Of a stretch of DNA of 64,000 nucleotides, positions 62,280 through 64,000 are shown in pieces. The position numbers and the translations under genes are program-made. Source of the DNA: Octopus sinensis. Lineage: Eukaryota. Numbering within the stretch: position 1 is the first letter of the stretch; the number at the start of each line of letters is the position of its first letter. The notes beneath the pieces were generated by a model. That model saw only the letters and a list, made by a program, of their open reading frames with translations. It had not been told where the DNA came from and made no database searches. The DNA lies in contig NC_043026.1 of NCBI RefSeq assembly GCF_006345805.1, positions 6,696,001 to 6,760,000 on the forward strand, written 5' to 3'.

Positions 62280-62370
62280 ACCAAGAAAAAAGCAACAAGA
62301 ATGGAGTAGTAGTTTAGTATGAAACAATTGTACTAAACTACTAATCCATTCTTGTTGCTTTTTTCTTGGT
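62280..62370. repeat. 91-nt hairpin (40-bp arms, 1 mismatch, 11-nt loop)
   Basis: ACCAAGAAAAAAGCAACAAGAATGGAGTAGTAGTTTAGTA-TGAAACAATTG-TACTAAACTACTAATCCATTCTTGTTGCTTTTTTCTTGGT. Confidence 0.9.
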
Positions 62371-62372
62371 AA

Positions 62373-62432
<60 letters not shown>

Positions 62433-63257
62433 TGGAAAGGCATTAGGTGTAATATTTATCCCAAAGACCCTTCTCTTAAGACATTTTCTGTGTTAAACGC
62501 GCGCACATACAAATGCTTTGTACTTCAATTTGTCACGTTTTAACGAATATGAAGTAAGTTTAGATTATAATCACAAGCATGGTCATGTGGTTAAGAAGTT
62601 TAGTTCGCAGTTGTGTGGTTCTGAGTTCATTCCTTCTGCAAGGCATATTGCGCATAAAGGTGTTTTTAATGCAAAGCGTCCAAATGGTTAAATGAATTTC
62701 ATACTGCTACCGAGGACTCAACTCTAAGGCTTAGACATCTCTTCTGTTATAGTTTCAGCTTCACCAATGCTTAATGAGAGGAATTTGGTTGACCAAAACT
62801 GTGCAGGTGTCCGTCATACACACAGACAGACAGACATAGGTGTATATGAATCCACAAGGCAGAAAACATGCACTGGTATATTTGTATGATCTTGGTAATT
62901 GGTTTTGTGTTGGAAATTAAACTAGATGTTAGATAACAGCATGATTGCGTTACCAGCTCTGACGAGTATGCAGTATTACATAACTGTACTGTTCTGAACA
63001 TCCTGTTTGATAACTAGTGTGAAACCAACTGCCAAGATTGTTGTTTTTTGTTCCTCCACAGTTCTAAGTTCTCTGGCTGGATCCTCATATTTCTCAGTTA
63101 CTTTGGTACCAACTTATTATGTGTCAGATCATAAAGTCTATGACCGTATAATTTGCTTCCATCCTTTACAATACCAATTATTATTATTATTATTATTCAA
63201 TGTTTTGGGTTAGATACATCAACCTTTGATATTGATTTATAAAAATGTGCTTGTTAA

Positions 63258-63853
63258 CTCTTTCGTTACTGTATTTATTTTGAGATGCTCTGTGTTTCTT
63301 TCAATTAATTTTAAATATAACAAAGAATTTAGTAAAATAACTTTGTTATCATTAAGCTAGTGTTAGGAACATAAATTGTGACTAAGGTTTGGTGGAAGAT
63401 TTTAATTCAAAACTTATGAAAACAAGACATTTGTACAACAGGGCCAGGGGTGGTTTCAGCCAGGTTGGTAACGAAAGGGTTAAACGCACCTCTACATTTG
63501 GGCAGATGCACATTAGAAGCAGTTGGAAGGGTGTGGATTGAAGAAAATTTAGGCTATTATTTCTAGCATATAGAGTGACCATATTGAGGTCTCCTTCCCT
63601 TATGTCTTCTGCTGATTATTTTTCTTCTTAACCCTTTCATTACCGTATTTCTGTTGAGATGCTCCATGTCTCTTTCAATTAATCTTAAATATAACTAAGA
63701 ATTTAGTAAAATAACTTTGTTATCATTAAGCTAGTGTTAGGAACATAAATTGTGACTAAGGTTTGGTGGAAGATTTTAATTCAAAACTTATGAAAACAAG
63801 ACATTTGTATTACAGAACCAGAGGTGGTTTCAGCCAGGTTGGCATCGGAAGGG
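63258..63853. mobile_element. Composite: two family-2 TTAA MITEs (63258-63479, 63632-63853) flanking a 144-bp spacer
   Basis: TTAA at 63254, 63480, 63628 and 63854; spacer homologous to 56061-56200. Confidence 0.8.
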
Positions 63854-64000
63854 TTAAACAAAAATGAGGCTGTTACATTTATGGTTATATATTTGTGCTT
63901 TAGATTAAACTATTTTCTTGTTGTATGTGCAGAGGGCAAACAAGGAAGGTGAACTGGTGAAGAGGAGGAGGGGAAACACATATAAAAAAAAACATGTCAA

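Noticed and set aside
1-64000. A novel multi-gene or prokaryote-derived system
   Set aside because: No operon-like, intronless, codon-biased ORFs were seen. Every long ORF is explained by talin, transposon fragments or simple repeats.

Overview
AT-rich, microsatellite- and SINE-saturated eukaryotic DNA. The repeat families look like octopus (coleoid cephalopod) repeats; this is recalled, not searched. The only protein-coding gene I can support is talin on the minus strand. Its last six coding exons (46185-46061, 44104-43979, 43099-43031, 42047-41865, 41244-41119, 40268-40134) have GT-AG boundaries, stay in frame, and encode the end of the rod, the I/LWEQ (THATCH) actin-binding domain and the dimerisation helix. 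No further talin exon was found in 46.2-64 kb. The rest is at least five SINE families (my labels A-E), 3' fragments of CR1/L2-group, RTE and RLE-type LINEs, Tc1/mariner remnants, TTAA-, TA- and hAT-type MITEs, non-autonomous Helitrons, one orphan 5S rRNA-like copy, a 100-N gap (35939-36038) and a probably artefactual 1.4-kb duplication just left of it. Most interesting observations: (i) several distinct minimal hammerhead-ribozyme-like remnants with palindromic stem III, of the Penelope/retrozyme type; (ii) a TTAA MITE block sharing ~140 bp of flank between two sites, one filled and one empty; (iii) an RTE insertion with internal 3x140-bp and 2x~165-bp duplications inside one TSD; (iv) several long near-perfect foldbacks, which are candidate dsRNA/ADAR or small-RNA substrates; (v) a SINE/LINE pair sharing a 3' tail; (vi) splice signals hinting at an unannotated plus-strand transcript. 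I found no evidence for a wholly new protein-based system. Nearly all ORF-track entries are translations of repeats. Repeat boundaries were read by eye and are approximate (about +/-15 bp) unless termini are quoted.
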